In this document: positions 1-15,024 of the stretch, piece after piece
How the letters are laid out: the number at the start of each line of letters is the position of its first letter
Position numbering within the stretch: the stretch's first letter is position 1
NCBI RefSeq assembly: GCF_009914755.1
Contig: NC_060927.1
DNA from: the human T2T-CHM13v2.0 reference genome, Homo sapiens
Reading direction: 5' to 3' (one strand)
DNA: 64,000 nt
Notes under the pieces: model-generated
Databases searched by the model: none
Told to the model about the DNA's origin: nothing
Seen by the model: only the letters and a program-made list of their open reading frames with translations
Made by a program: the position numbers and the translations under genes

Positions 1-87
1 TGTTAGAGAAAACAGTATCAAACTAGATTAATGACATGTCAGAAGTAAAAGCTGTTCTGTAAAGATTTTAAAATATTAAATATTAGT

Positions 88-391
88 GGCTGGGCACGGT
101 GGCTCATGCCTGTAATCCCAGGACTTTGGGAGGTTGAGGTGGGAAGATCAATTGAGGTCAGTTAGAGACCAGTCTGGCCAACATGGTGAAAGCCCGTCTC
201 TACTAAAAATAAAAAGTTATTCAGGCGTGGTGGCAGGTGCCTGTAATCCCGCTACTCGGGAAGCTGAGTTGGGAGAATCGCTTGATCAAGGGAGGCAGAG
301 GTTGCAGTGAGCTGAGATTGTGCCACTGCCCTCCAGCCTGGGCAACAGAGCAAGACTCTGTCTCAAAATAAATAAATAAATAAATAAAAAT
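88..391 (+). mobile_element. AluS
   Basis: Dimeric Alu with (TAAA)n tail; TSD AAAATATTAAATA(T/C)TAG on both sides. Confidence 0.92.
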
Positions 392-449
392 AAAATATTA
401 AATACTAGAGAAAATGTTTCATTTGTCCCTTTGTGAAACACAGTTTTAC

Positions 450-646
450 CTTTTGGTTCTTGCACAATGAGGTGTGTACATTCATTCATTTTCAATTGTC
501 CCATGTATTGACCTCCATGCTTAACTGTGAGTTGCTGAACTTCTTTCCTGTCTAAGCCACATAAGCCAGTCACACAGATTATGCAACCAAGAAAAATAGG
601 ACACTTGAAATCTTCCATGTTTATATCAGTATATCTAGTTATTTTT
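450..646 (-). CDS. TOPBP1: TOPBP1 exon 6 (start of BRCT2 region): (K)[65 protein letters not shown]
   Basis: Translation matches TOPBP1; AG acceptor (ct at 647-648) and GT donor (ac at 448-449); 197 nt, phase continues from exon 5. Confidence 0.96.
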
Positions 647-1835
647 CTGTGGGAATCAAATGGTTAAAAAAGAACATATTAAATTTACCAGAAGAATAAT
701 GAAAAACAACACAAATATCACTATTGCTTCCCTCATTTTTTAGGATTTATAATCTTTTTTTTACAAAGGAGAACCACCAAAACAGAATTACACTAATTGT
801 TCACCTAGTTCAATAACATGTCTCTAAAACAAAGTAATTGTTTCAGATACAGTCTCTCAAAACCATTTTAAGGGAAAAATATATATTTCCTTAACTCTAG
901 CCCTTGCTGGTCATAGTATATTTTCCAAAATGATAAGTCTGAATCTCTACTTAAAAACCCAAAGGTAATTTGGTTGCCTATTAGATAAATGAACTTTTTA
1001 ATCTTTCCATTATTCTATACAAGTAAAAGCAATGATTTTTGGCAAAATACCAACAAAAATATCATTATTCTGTTGCCATGCTAGGGAGGTGTGCTGATGA
1101 AGTAATCACATTGGGAATGAGAGTTGCTGACATGGAGACATATTTGGGATATGCTGGATGGTGTTGAAAACAAGCCCAGAAAAGTGCCGATATAATTCGT
1201 ATGCCAATACAATTCTGTGGTGTTTGGTCTTGTGGTTGTTTATCTAGTTGCAGGGGAAACTGAAGTGTGCCCCTTGAAATAGGCTCTAAGCTCCATGAGG
1301 GAAGTGACTATCTTGTTTTGCTTACTACATATACCTAATGCCTACCTCAGGTCAGATACGTAAAATGGGCTCAATTAGCATTTATTAAATGATCACCTCT
1401 CAGCTGATGACTTGCATATGTTTATATTCAACCTTACATATGCCATCTTTTGGAAGGAATGCAACTGCCAAAATGACTAATTTATTATCTATCTTAACAT
1501 ATGGGAATGGTGTTGAAGGATAATGCAACATAAAAGCTACAGAATTGCCAAACTCGTTTTCTCAATTATTTCAGAAATATTTACAGCTGAGAACTTTATC
1601 ACCAAAGCATTTCCTACTCTGTAGCTAATGCTAAACCCTTGGCCCATTCTATGCCTGTCAACTTATATCTTGGTAATAAGAGCTTGTAGATTCTGCTCTT
1701 CCGTTTTCGCTGGAGAAAAGAGTAATGACACTATTTTTTTCCCTGAATAGTAAGTCCAAAGAGTATATCACATGCCAAAAATGATTGAATCCATCATTTT
1801 TTCAAATCTAGAAAATATAAAAATGTCTTTCTTAC

Positions 1836-2017
1836 TTCTCTTGTGACTTCTCCCAAAGTGTTTTTATCCAAGAGGGAAGCAAAATAGGTTTCTTCAGGTT
1901 TGCAGCAACTAAATATTTTTTGCTACCAACTTCTCCTGCAATAAGGTGAGTTACTGATACATTAAGGTCTCTGTATACTCGTCCGCCCATCATTTGTACA
2001 TATTTATGAACTTCTTC
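1836..2017 (-). CDS. TOPBP1: TOPBP1 exon 5 (BRCT1): [60 protein letters not shown]
   Basis: BRCT motif (THLI...W); canonical AG/GT ends; 182 nt. Confidence 0.96.
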
Positions 2018-2355
2018 CTGCAGCCCCAAAAGAGAACACATTAATGCTGAAGCAAACAATATTGCTTCCACTTTTATACACTATCTCATAAATACATTTT
2101 ACTGTTGACAGTTTGAATACATAAGTGTTACATAACATTATAAAGTTAAATAATTAACCAAATTATTTTTTGGGAGATAAGTATGAATTATATTTTTAAA
2201 ATATTATTTTCCTATATTTATCCCTTTCAACTCCATGAATGTATTAAACTATTATACAAAGGATGTATAAATCTTAATCTTTGCTTCTATATAAATATAC
2301 ATGTGTATTTTTAACAACATAAATTATATCTATATAATATATAAATATTTATTTT

Positions 2356-2647
2356 TAGCCAGGCTTGGTGGTGCATGCCTGTAATTCCAGCTACTCGGGA
2401 GGCTGAGGCATGAAGATTACTTGAGCCCAGGAAATCAAGGTTGCAGTGAGTTGTGATTGTGCCACTGCACTCCAGCGTGGGTGACAGTAAGACCCTGTCC
2501 CAAATATATATATGTATTTCTATAGCTCTCTCTTAGAATGCTTTTTTTTTTTTTTTTCCAAAACGAAATCTTGCTCTGTCACCCAGGCTGGAGTGCAGTG
2601 GCGTGATGTTGGCTCACTGCAACCTCCACCTCCCTGATTCAAACGAT
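2356..2647. mobile_element. Alu right-monomer fragment (+, ~2356-2500) and 5'-truncated antisense Alu (~2543-2647)
   Basis: Alu consensus motifs; TTAGAAT(G/C)CTTTT flanks the second element. Confidence 0.8.
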
Positions 2648-2958
2648 TTAGAATCCTTTTTTTTTAAAGACTGTCCACCTATAGTGGAAAAATGTAAGTG
2701 ATTAAAAAATGAGTGTCCTTTTAAATTAAAACAAAAAATTTCAATTAGCCAGTTTTCAACAAAACAAATTCTACTATATTCAATTTACTTAAAAAATGTA
2801 CATGTATACATATATACACACTGTGGTTGTATACTGAACTTTGTTAAAAGTCACGAACAATAAGCGGAAAGTCTTTTAAGCTATCTTCTATGCAGTGAAA
2901 AATTAAGAATAAGAGATAGATATATAAATTGATCAATCATCATGAGATCAATATCTAC

Positions 2959-3102
2959 CCTTTTTTCTTTTTCCAGACTTGTACAAGATATGGTTACATC
3001 AGACATAACCATATTATAAACTGGATGTTCGGCTCTTGGGACACATCGCTGGTGGTGCATACAAAATATGACTACTTGAGGACCAACAATTCTGCAGCCA
3101 AG
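2959..3102 (-). CDS. TOPBP1: TOPBP1 exon 4: [48 protein letters not shown]
   Basis: Manual minus-strand translation, 144 nt, phase 0-0, AG/GT boundaries. Confidence 0.95.
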
Positions 3103-3341
3103 CTACAAAAAAGAGAAAAGTTTAAATGAGTTAAGAAGGAAAAGACCACCAGTCTTACAAAATTACGTTTTGTAACATTCACCAATTCTTTACCAAAGTT
3201 GATGACCACTGTAGAGAAATCAGCAAATCATTACAAGAAAAAAATAAAGATGACTATATAATTTCTCAGAGATACTATACATTAAACACTCACACACAAA
3301 AGCAAATCAAACAATGCAAGCTATCAAAAGAAATAAACTTC

Positions 3342-4006
3342 AGGCCAGGCACAGTGGCTCACGCCTGTAATGCCAGCACTTCAGAGGAGGCCGAGCGGGG
3401 GTGGATCACCTGAGGTCAGGAGTTCGAGACCAGCCTGGCCAACATGGTGAAACCCCGTCTCTACTAAAAATACAAAAATTAGTCGGGTGCAGTGGCGGGC
3501 ACCTGCAGTCCCAGTCTCTAGGGAGGCTGAGGCAAGAGAATTGCTTGAACCCAGGAGGCGGAGGTTGCAGTGAGCTGAGATCACGTCACTGCACTCCAGC
3601 CTGGGCGACAGAGTGAGACCCTATAACAAAAGAAAAAAAAAAAGAAAAGAAAAGAAATAAACTTCAAAAGCCCCTTTCACTGAAAACTGCCTTACTGCTT
3701 ACATCTATAAGCCCAATATTTTGGGAGGCTGAGGTGGGAGGATCACTTGAGTGCAGGAGTTCAAGACCAGCCCAGCCTGGCCAACATCGAGAAACCCTTT
3801 CTCTACTAAAAATAAAAAAATCAGCCGGGTGTGTATATACATCTGTAATCCCAGCTACTCAGGAGGCTAAGGCACAAGAATCACTTGAACCAAGGAAGCA
3901 GAAGTTGCAGTGGGCTGAGCTTGTGCCACTGCACTAAAGCCTGGGCAACAGAACAAGACTCTGTCTCCAAAAAACAAAAACAAAAACAAACAAACAAACA
4001 AAAAAA
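3342..4006 (+). mobile_element. Two Alus (3342-~3650 AluS with TSD AAAAGAAATAAACTTCA; ~3713-4006 older Alu)
   Basis: Alu consensus and A-rich tails. Confidence 0.9.
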
Positions 4007-4176
4007 GCCTACTGTAACATAATTAGCCTTTCAATCCTGGTCTTGCCAAACCAAAAGAATTCCAATGTACTCATAAGTTGCATAGTACTTTATAATCCGC
4101 AAAGAATGTATGTCCATTAAAGCAAAGATAAACCAAAAAATAGACTACCAAAGGTACACACTAGAAGTCAGCAAAC

Positions 4177-4311
4177 CTTTTTGAGGTGATCAAAGACAAC
4201 GCCACTAAAAGGGTCACAGATATAAAGTGATCTATCATTCTCCTTTATCTTCAATGCCTCTTCTTCTGTAATAATCTGAAGATATTCTTCTGATTGGAAT
4301 TCTTTTATGGA
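4177..4311 (-). CDS. TOPBP1: TOPBP1 exon 3 (BRCT0): SIKEFQSEEYLQIITEEEALKIKENDRSLYICDPFSGVVFDHLKK
   Basis: 135 nt, phase 0-0, AG/GT boundaries, matches the TOPBP1 N-terminus. Confidence 0.95.
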
Positions 4312-4369
4312 CTGAAAGAAAAAATAAAATAAGAATGTACCTGAAATTACTCTCCTGTATTTAGGTCCT

Positions 4370-5790
4370 ATTCAAATTCCATCTCAAATCCAGCCTTTTC
4401 CCTATTGAAAGCCACCATCACATCTCACTTAGACCTCTGCAGAAGGCTCCCAAGTGGTCTCTTTTTCCCTTCCTTGCCCTAAATCTGTTCTCTACACAGC
4501 AGCTAATAATCTTTTCAAAAACACAAGTCAGATCATGTCACTATCTGCTCAAAACCTAATGTCTTCACACCACACCCAGAATAAAATCCACATTTCTTAC
4601 TACAGCCTTCAAGACAACACAGTCTGGTTTCCTGCCTATCTTTCCACCTTTACCTCCTACTTCTCATCTCTCTTGCTTATTCTATTCCAGCCACTCCCGC
4701 TTTCTTGCCAACCCTGGAACAAGCCAACCATAACCTCATTTAGAGGCTCTGCTCTTGATCTTGCAGCACAGAATACTTTTTTTCCAGGTTTTCACCTGAC
4801 TTAATCCCCCACTTCAATCAGGTCTGCTTAAATGTCACCTCCCCAGAGATGCCCATCCTAATCAGGCTTTCTCAAATACCCTTCCTCTACCCTTCTAGTC
4901 TATTCTATTTAAAAATACGTATTTATATATATATATATATAGTTTTTGTCTCTCTCCCCTGGAAGTTTCTATGTATCTTGTTTGCTACTATATCCTGACA
5001 CCCAGTAAGCACTCAGAAATGTTCTGAACCAATTTTGAGGTCCTTATGTTAAATACAGTAATCCCTTTAAAACTGTAAGTCAGATCATGTTTACTCTTCT
5101 GATTATCAACCCTCCAATGGCTCTCCACTGAGAGAAAAATGGCCCACAAGGCCCTACATGACCTCTTTACCATTATTCTCTAACGCATTCCTTAGTACTC
5201 TTCCCCCATCCCTCACTCACTACACAACAGTACACTAAACTTGGATAGAGACTACAGGCACTTTCCCAGGGGCTGTATAAGGTTGCTCTCTCTGCCTGCA
5301 ACATTCTTCTCCAGATATCTGCAAGGCTATCTCACCTCCTTCACGTTTACTCAATATCTTTTTCTTCATAAAGCCTACCCTGATCACACCCTATTTAAGA
5401 TTATAACCCCCTTCTCTTCCCACCCCAAGAAACATCCTCTGGAGCCCCTTAACGTGTTTTGCTTTTTTCTCTTCCTAATTTATCATGTCTGATTAGTGTC
5501 TATGTCCTCCTGCTAGAATGTAAGCTCTGAAAGAACAGAAATCTTTGCCTGTTCTCATCACTGATAAATCCCAAGTACTAGAGAAGTGCCTATCAAATCA
5601 TGAACACTTCAATAAATACTTGCTGAATGAATGAAGTTTAAAAAAATCTGCTACAAATGCTTCTCAAACTTTAATGCACACTGAAGATCTTGTTAGAAAT
5701 GCAGATTCTAAGTCTGGGTTGGAGGCCAAGATTCTGCATTTCGAAGAAACTTCCAGGCCATGCTGATACTGCTGGGTTCTGTGAGAAGCA
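4370..5790. mobile_element. Degenerate L2 fragments (~4370-5640) and MER5A-like DNA transposon (~5660-5790)
   Basis: L2 3' end motif (caataaatacttgctgaatgaatgaa); MER5A ends ttctcaaact...tgagaa. Confidence 0.6.
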
Positions 5791-6206
5791 AGGATCTACA
5801 TCACCCCTACTATCATCCAATTATTATACTGTACATAATAAAACATAATTTTTAACAATTAACCAAAAAATTTTCAAGTATGACCAGTACACAACTGACT
5901 CAAATTTCTACAGCACGCAAAGGACCACTCTGGCTAGGAGACAAATGAAAGCAACTTAATTTCCAAGAACTGTAGGTCAGCCATATTAAACAGCAATGTG
6001 ATAATAGACTTCCAGCCCCCCGAAATACATAATGATGTACTTAGATCAATTCAAAAATATGTGATAATGATATATCTGTATTAATGTAGACTATAAAATT
6101 ATTATGAAAGTGAAATATCTACTTCTAAGACATAAAGCCCAACAAATCAAAAACACTTAAAAACAAGAAAATGAATTCACGGTATTAAGATGTTTTCAAC
6201 TCTTAC

Positions 6207-6290
6207 CTCGAGAGCTTTAAAAAAACATTTGGAATTGTCTGAAGACTTTAAAAACTTCACAAAAAACGGTTCTTTGTCATTTCTGGACAT
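6207..6290 (-). CDS. TOPBP1: TOPBP1 exon 2 coding part: MSRNDKEPFFVKFLKSSDNSKCFFKALE (exon probably begins at 6297, 7 nt of 5'UTR)
   Basis: ATG at 6290-6288; donor GAG|GTAAGA; acceptor CAG at 6300-6298. Confidence 0.95.
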
Positions 6291-6779
6291 TTCTGAACTG
6301 TCAAAATAAAGGAACCATTAACAAGAACAAAACCACATTAGATAAAAAGTTGCATGTTTAACCTACCTATTTTTCTGTGCAGACAAGAATGCCTAAAGAC
6401 AGACATTCTGGCTCTGCCCGTGAATTCGTCAACGGCATTTCTAAGAGACCCTGGAACTTGGACAAAGCCAAGGTAAAAGATGACAACACCAATCCTTGCA
6501 AATCAGACAGCAAAATTAACCCGAATTGAATACACTGAGGAAGGCCCTGCTATGAAGGCTCTAAGCCCTTTAGGCCAATGGACATTCAATTGCACTTGTT
6601 TTAAGGATACACAGAGTGTATCTGTCCCTGCGGATACCCACGGCCTGCGAGGTACGTTCATCCCTCAGTAAACAGATTTTAAATATAAACATGGAAGCCA
6701 GTTAGCATGGTCTTGGCCCTGCATAAGGCTAGATGCTCCGGTTCCCATCTCCAGCAAAAGGCCTGGCTCTGGGATCACG

Positions 6780-7320
6780 GAAGCCACGTCCTCTCGGCGT
6801 CAAAGGCCCACCCGCCGGCTCCAGGGCCAGTTACCAGGACAGGAAAAGAGGGTCCTGAAGGCCACAGAAGGCATCGCGAACCCCAGTTGGGGCTGGGGAG
6901 GAGCTGTGTCCCCACTCCGCGCCTCACTTACCTCGTTGGAGCCTCGGGGTCTCCGGGCGGCGAGTCGGGGGACGCGCTGGCCGCAGGGCGGTGGCTGGGG
7001 TCGGGCGCCAGCCCGGCGCACAGCCCCCTCCCCCGACTCGGCGCCGCCCCTACCCCAAAGCAAACGCTGGAGAACCCGGAAATTGCCCAGAACGGGAACC
7101 GACTTTCGCGCCAACCGCGCGGCCGCGCTTGCCTTTTCCGGTGGAAGTGACGCCATCGGCAGCTGCAGCAGAAGAGCGGAAATGTCAAACGTGGAGGTGA
7201 GCAGTCTGTGGGCGGTGGGGCTTCAGGGAAAGCTTGGGCCGGACCCTTTGGGTTTAGGGCTTTGCTGGGCGGGCCTAGTCTCCGCTGCGAGTAGGCCCAG
7301 CGCCGTCGGTTCAAGAGGTA
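6780..7320. promoter_or_regulatory. CpG-island promoter of TOPBP1, probably bidirectional; E2F site TTTCGCGC (7104-7111), ETS/CRE-like GGAAGTGACG (7143-7152)
   Basis: High GC and CpG density; motifs read directly; TOPBP1 is a known E2F target. Confidence 0.85.
6932..7150 (-). other. TOPBP1: TOPBP1 non-coding exon 1 (5' end approximate)
   Basis: Strong donor GAG|GTAAGT at 6932/6931 inside a CpG island, upstream of the ATG exon. Confidence 0.8.
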
Positions 7321-8062
7321 GGACCACAGGCCAGGAATACTCCTTTACTGTTAAAAAAGCCAGGGAAAGAAAGGATTTCCTCAATAGATATTTATTTTAC
7401 ACCTGTCTTATACCAGGCATGCACGGGAAAAGGTATTATCCAAAACAATTCCGTGAGGCAAATAGTGGTAGTTCCATTTTGTAGATGTAAAAACGGAGGA
7501 AGTTAAATGATGGGTTCAAGGGCACACGGCTAGTAGGTGGTAGAATTAATACTGCATCCAGGTCTTCTGACTACGGACTGGGTGGTTTCCCTCCAACACA
7601 GCAGGAATAGAATCACCGCCTAACACAGCCACAAGATGGCAAGGGAAGAAAGGATGACTTATTACACAGCTAATGCAAAGGGATCTTTGTCAAGATCTTC
7701 AATGGTCTCCCCTCCTCCTCCCCTTCAGTGGACATCGCCGTTCTCTTTCTCTGCATCTGCCTCAGTACTGGGGAGATTCTGGGACTGAACCTAAGATTCA
7801 GATGGCAGAGAGCAAAGGGAGAGGGGATAAGATGGGCCTGCAAAACCTTAGTGATAACCAGCGGAAAACTGATTCGTTGTTGCTTCTTTTCATTTTATTC
7901 TTTTTTAAAAAAATTTTTTCTTATTTTATAAAATCTAGCCACTATACTAATGAGGATCATTTTATTATTCACTGCTGAGATTGAGAAAATGACTTTGGAT
8001 TTACTAATGTAAAAGTATAATGCCATGTCCCTTGATTGTTTTTGTTTTTCTTTTCTTTTTAG

Positions 8063-8120
8063 AGCCTAAAGATAGTAATGAGCAGCTTGAGTCTTAAGTT
8101 TTTGAATACACCGATGGAAG
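8063..8120 (+). pseudogene. Orphan ICA/transferrin-family exon 11 paralog (KPKDSNEQLES-KFLNTPMEG, 1-nt insertion)
   Basis: Polypyrimidine-AG acceptor at 8062, ATGGAAG|GTGA donor, aligns with exon 11 at 50900-50938. Confidence 0.8.
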
Positions 8121-8121
8121 G

Positions 8122-8541
8122 TGACAAAGATTCTTTGCTTGGCCAAACTTTAGTCAGACTCCTCAACCTTCTCGTAGGTTTATCTGTGCATTTCCTTGGA
8201 AAATCCAGTTAGAACCCTCTACCCTCAATATCTGATCAGGTTCCTCATCCTCTACCATCCAAGGTGATGTCTGATCACCTTGACCTATTTTCAGCAAGAA
8301 ACCCCTTTACTCCTGAAGTTCCTTCTTAGTAATTTTTTATCCAGTGACCCCAAGCTTTTTGTTCCTTGGCTATAAATTCCCACTTGCCCATGCTGTATTT
8401 AGAGTTGAGCCCACTCTCTCTCTCCTAATTCAGAATCCCATTGCCATGGTTGCTATACCTATCCTGATGGTCCGGAATAAAATCTGTCTTACTGTGCTTT
8501 AATAAATATCATTAATTTTTTTTTTTTTTTTTTTTTTACCA
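8122..8541 (+). mobile_element. ERV1 solo LTR (MER31/MER67-like) inserted at the donor site of the orphan exon
   Basis: TG...CA ends, start tgacaaagattc...ccaaactttagtcag, TATAAA and AATAAA; absent from the 50.9 kb copy. Confidence 0.8.
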
Positions 8542-9361
8542 GAAATGAGTCAGAATCAATTAACACTGGGGCTCAAAGGTAAAGGCCTATTGCTGGGGGA
8601 AGGGTGAAGAAAGCCTTAAAAGCAAAAAAACAAAAATCACTAGAGGTGGGAAAAAAAAGAAACCACAGTTAATTGTTAAGGTGCAAATCTGACCTGAATC
8701 TGTAATAACAATTAATATTTCTAGGGCACTTTACAGTTAACATGGGACTCCTGCTCACACTATTCCCGTTTACTCTTTTCAGCAACCCTATAATAGATGG
8801 GTATCATTGTCTCATGTTATGGAGATGGGGAAAGTGAAGTTCAGGGACTGTGTCACTTGCCCGTGCCTTTCCTGACACACCACACTGCTCCTGGGCACGT
8901 GCTGTCTGCCCATCTCTGTGTGAAGTTCCACACCGGGGAGGGAGCCCATTCCTGGCATTTCTGGGCCAAGTAGAGACCTCACAAGAGAAGGAGATTCATA
9001 GATGCTGCTAATGAAGATGAAGAAAATGCACCCTTTAGCTTTTACCCAGCCGGAACTTGATACCAGAGGAGTGACCTGTCTTTAGAGTAAGAGTTCACCA
9101 CTAGGGGGCAAGTTCTCCCATCTTGTGTCTCCAGATAAGCAGAGAGGGTCTGTCTCTAGTATCTACTCCTGGAAAATGGATAAAGCAGTGGTTCTGATGT
9201 GTAGTGTCTGGACCAGCAGCATCGGCATCTCCTGGGAATTTTGGGGGAATGAAAATTCTTGGGCTCCACTTCAGACTTATTAAGTCAGGAGCACTTGGGG
9301 TAGGGCTAGCAATCTGTGCCCTTCAGGTGATTTTGGTACACATTAAAGTTTGCTTGAACAG

Positions 9362-10014
9362 CAGTCCTTCAGGAAAGGGTGAAATGGTTAGTATCCACGG
9401 AGGATTGATTCCAAGGCCCCCTACAGATAACAAAATCTGAAGATGCTCAAGTACCTTATATATAACCTGTGCACATACTCCCATGTACTTTTTTTTTCTT
9501 TTTTTTGAGACGGAGTCTCACTGTTGTCCAGGTTGGAGTGCAGTTGGCACAATGTCTGCTCACTGCAACCTCCACCCCCGGGGTTCAAGCGATTCTCCTG
9601 CCTCAGCCTCCCAAGTAGCTGGGGTTACAGGCGTCTGCCATCGCACCCGGCTAATTTTTGCATTTTTAGTGGAGACGGGTTTCACCTTGTTGGCCAGGCT
9701 GGTCTTGAACTCCTGACCTCGTGATCCACCTGACTCAGCCTCCCAAAGTGCTGGGATTACAGGCATAAGTCACTGCGCCTGGCCACTCCCATGTACTTTA
9801 AATAATCACTAGGTTACTTATAATACCTGATGCTATGTAAATACTATGTAAACGTTTGTTATACTGTATTTTTAAATTTTGTTTTTTTATTGTTGTATTT
9901 TTTCTACTATGGCAAATTTTACATAAAAATTGTATTTTTTTTCTGAATATTTTTGATCCCCGGTTGGTTGACCTCCTCAGATGTGGAACCCACAGATACA
10001 AGGAACTAACTGTA
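9362..10014. mobile_element. MER2-like (Tigger) DNA transposon split by an antisense AluS (9488-9784; TSD ACTCCCATGTACTTT)
   Basis: MER2 internal motifs, ...ctgTA terminus; Alu with TSD. Confidence 0.8.
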
Positions 10015-10090
10015 TATGGGTTTGTGGTCCCTGAAGACTTTGGTGAAAATAGGGAAAGGTTATGATATGCCCTCGGAAGCTGAGGTTTCG

Positions 10091-10197
10091 GTGCTTACTT
10101 TGGCAGCATGTTTACTGAAAAAAAAATGGAATGATACAGAGATAAGCATTGCCCATGTGCAAGGATGACATGCAGATTTGTGAAGCATTCCATATTT
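10091..10197 (+). pseudogene. U6 snRNA retropseudogene (full length, diverged)
   Basis: gtgcttactttggcagca...gatacagaga..caaggatgacatgcagatttgtgaagcattccatattt follows the U6 sequence; no upstream PSE/TATA recognised. Confidence 0.92.
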
Positions 10198-12540
<2,343 letters not shown>

Positions 12541-14113
12541 CCAAGTATGTGAGATTTTGCAAGGTTGGAAAAGCTGACTTCATCTGTGTCCTAAAAACAA
12601 GAGATAAACCTGAGAAAGGTTTTGAGCAACAAATGTCCATTACAACCCGACCATGTGGAAAAGATCTAGTTAAAGAATATGGTCCTGTCACCCAAGCTAG
12701 GTAGGCACCATCAACTGAGAGAGAGAGAGAGAGGTATGGGGCCAAAGATAGCAATCAGGTTTGAAAATTATGTCTAGGAAAGAACTAGGGAGGGGACTAC
12801 TTCTGTAGAAGAACAGCTCTGCCATGACTTCCTCTATTGATAAGCTTACACATATCAATAGAGGCAAAGGCTTGAATTGCAACTTATCTGAGCCCTGGCA
12901 CAACACCTTGTCATCCTTAAGGGAGGTGTCTAAGGAGCTACTAGAAAGGCATCTCTCACTCACCTTTCTATCTCTCCTAAGAGGCTGTCATGACATAGTT
13001 TCTCATCACCTCCCAGGTTTTGATGAGATATGGGGCTTTCTGCCCCACTCCCCTCATGATAGGCCTGCAGAATATAAAAGCACTAGCTGCCATCTAGATT
13101 TGACTCCTTAGTAATAGAGTATCCTACAACTCGCATTGCAATCATCAGACCCAGGGAGAAGACATCTTTCACTTATTCTTCTCTGTTGCTATCTATGGAA
13201 GTAATAAACCATCTAAATCTAAAAATGTCTCAAGTATGTTCACTGGTGGAATCAGGCCCTACCCTTGACCTTGTTTTGTATGTGTGAGGTTGACAATTAC
13301 CACGTGAAACTGACTGGAACCAAATAGATCTGAAGGTTACGAACATTTTGAGATAATTGCTTTCTGAACCCAACCAGAAACCTGGAGTATTCAGACTTTG
13401 ATTTAATCCTCAAATTTTCGCAGCACAAGTAGGTGGAAAGTCATACAGCCCCAAGGAGCACAAACTCCTCAGTATTCAGATATGGATAGAGAGGGTAATA
13501 GAAAATGAAGATCCTCCCAGAAGGAGGTACCAGGGATCCTGGAGAGCAACGAGCAAAGGAGCTCCTGTCACAGAACAGAATCTGATCTAATCAGAACCCC
13601 CAATCGAGAGCCTCCTAGTGCCTGCCCAACTTCAAAATTGATACTGACCAATGATGGCTATGGGTCTCCACTCCTCCCTTTTCTGAAAGGGAGTTTTATT
13701 GTTGTTATTCTGTTTGTGCCTCCCCATTCCCCAGTGTGTAGCAGATGTGTGCTTGGGCAGGGAGGGAAAAAAACATGTCTGGATTCTGGCAGAGACCATG
13801 TAGAAACCCTTAGTGTCCCACCCATACCCCCTCACCCTTAGCACTCATGCACATTAGGAAACTTCCAGCTGCCAGCATCTGTGTTCATTGCATGAAGGCA
13901 TTCTCTGGCACCAGGAATCTGCTCTGCCACCTGCACAGTAGGCCAGAGGGCTAGAGGATTTATGACCTATAGGGAAAAAAACCCCTTAAATGATGGCTGA
14001 CAGGAGTTGGTGCACAAAAACCCTTGTTTGCATGTCCCGTGGATGGGACATCCACTCTGACTCTCATAGTTTCCTCAGGGGAATTAAGTCCCAGTGTCCA
14101 CAGTGGCATCTGA

Positions 14114-14530
<417 letters not shown>

Positions 14531-15024
14531 TAAAAGTCTGTTTTCTGGGTCTGCTCAAACTAAGACAAAAGACCCCAGACATGTGCTCCCCTTTCATAGT
14601 GTTTTGCTGTTGCTGAGAAGTAGTTTCCTAGCCAGAGACTATGGTTCCCATCCTCTTTACAATTGGTGGGGTCATGGGACTGAGTTATGGCCAATAGAAT
14701 ATAGGTAGAAGTGATGTTTGTCACATCCGAGCTTGATCCAAGGAAATTTCTTGCACTACCTTCCACGCTCTTCCTTATTCTGTCATTTGAATATCAACAC
14801 ACAGAGCAATCTTGGAAGCCATGTGTTGAAAATGGCAGAACCTCTCTCAGCCTGGATCTCTGAATGACTGAATGGAGCTATGAAAGTGAACTCCCCACTC
14901 CCACCCTAACAAATCACCACGATTGCTGCCAGATGGGCTTTATGTTACTAAGAGGTCAACTCCTATTGTGTTAAACCATTAAGATTTTGGAGCTTTGCTA
15001 TTATAGCAGTTAGTGCTATTTGTG

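Larger units (their letters stand above)
7440..9330 (+). repeat. Old dispersed duplicate of INHCAP intron 10-exon 11-intron 11 (partner ~50075-51750)
   Basis: Collinear shared unique blocks, e.g. ggatgacttattacacagctaatgcaaagggat (~7652/50593) and ctccagataagcagagagggtctgtctctagta (~9129/51563). Confidence 0.92.

Noticed and set aside
286-449. C-terminal extension of the 110-aa ORF (..[14 protein letters not shown]..)
   Set aside because: Read-through of TOPBP1 exon 6 into intron and antisense Alu
6707-7484. Overlapping 118-192 aa ORFs at the TOPBP1 promoter
   Set aside because: GC-rich, stop-poor CpG island; no recognisable domain; ORFs occur in several frames on both strands
10091-10197. 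Functional U6 snRNA gene
   Set aside because: Many substitutions and indels, no recognisable upstream promoter, fused to an Alu
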